Assembly (NCBI GenBank): GCA_964016885.1
Contig: OZ024742.1
Location: forward strand, 295,616,001-295,680,000
Direction of reading: 5' to 3'
Length of the DNA: 64,000 bases
Origin: Eledone cirrhosa
Lineage: Eukaryota
Positions 63,450 through 64,000 of this stretch are shown here, piece after piece. The position numbers and the translations under genes are program-made. Numbering within the stretch: the stretch's first letter is position 1; each line of letters starts with the position of its first letter. Under the pieces are notes generated by a model. That model searched no databases, was not told the origin of the DNA, and saw only the letters and a program-made list of their open reading frames with translations.

Positions 63450-64000
63450 GAAACTACCCTCAACTTACCCAACAGAAGAACCAGCTATTGGAGTTAACAG
63501 TTTTAGGGTCAAAGAAGCAATCAAAAAGATAAAGAATGTGGGTAATGGTAAATCAGAGATAATTGCTGAGATGCTAAAAGCATCAAAATAAGTACGAGTT
63601 GAACTAGTAACCTACATAGTCAACCAGGTAATACAGGACGGAGTCATACTCAATGACTAGCATGATAAATTGCTACAATGATAAATTGCTACAAGGGCAA
63701 AAGTGATGCTCTAGAAAGGAGAAACTGCAGAGGAATAAAACTAATGGGCCAAGTTATGACAGTGATGGAAAGAGATATAGCATAGTTAATTAGGGAAAGA
63801 GTCAAATTAGACGAGTTGCAGTTTGGTTTCATGCCTGGGATAAATACTACAGATGCCTTCTTTCTAGTGAGGTAACTACTAGAGAAGTTTCAAGCCAAAA
63901 ATAAGCTGCTATATTTAGCTTTTGCTGATCTAGAAAAGGCCTTTGACAGAGTACCTCGATCTATTATCTTAAGGAAATTGGGTGTAGATGAATGGCTTGT
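63450..64000 (+). mobile_element. Older, diverged RTE LINE fragment running off the window end
   Basis: Translates to IIAEMLKAS..IVNQVIQDGV..NCYKGKSDALERRNCRGIKL..LQFGFMPG..YLAFADLEKAFDRVPRSII, with stops and indels. Confidence 0.9.

Overview
AT-rich eukaryotic DNA packed with microsatellites. The repeat content (tRNA-derived SINEs, RTE LINEs with (GAT)n tails, long TA/CA tracts) points to an octopus/cephalopod intron or intergenic region; the species is inferred. Almost all short ORFs in the track are microsatellite or antisense noise, and no host gene can be firmly called (three possible small exons: 74-141 -, 20421-20464 -, 52795-52845 +). The main coding feature is a head-to-head pair of 5'-truncated, stop-containing RTE-clade LINEs at 56314-63111 (APE endonuclease, RT, PHD-like finger). 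They form a ~2.85 kb inverted repeat around a chimeric duplicated-inverted junction. The window also holds many RTE 3' fragments, three CRE-like (RLE) fragments, several SINE families, two TTAA-flanked piggyBac-like MITE families, Tc1-like and hAT-like MITEs, three non-autonomous Helitrons, foldback palindromes, and 73-bp and 119-bp tandem arrays. The most notable unannotated signal is about ten type I hammerhead-ribozyme-like motifs (CTGANGA...GAAAC...GTH), many degenerate, most in short elements inserted in (TA)n tracts and two as a tandem pair. These resemble Penelope pLTRs or retrozymes. All alignments were done by eye.
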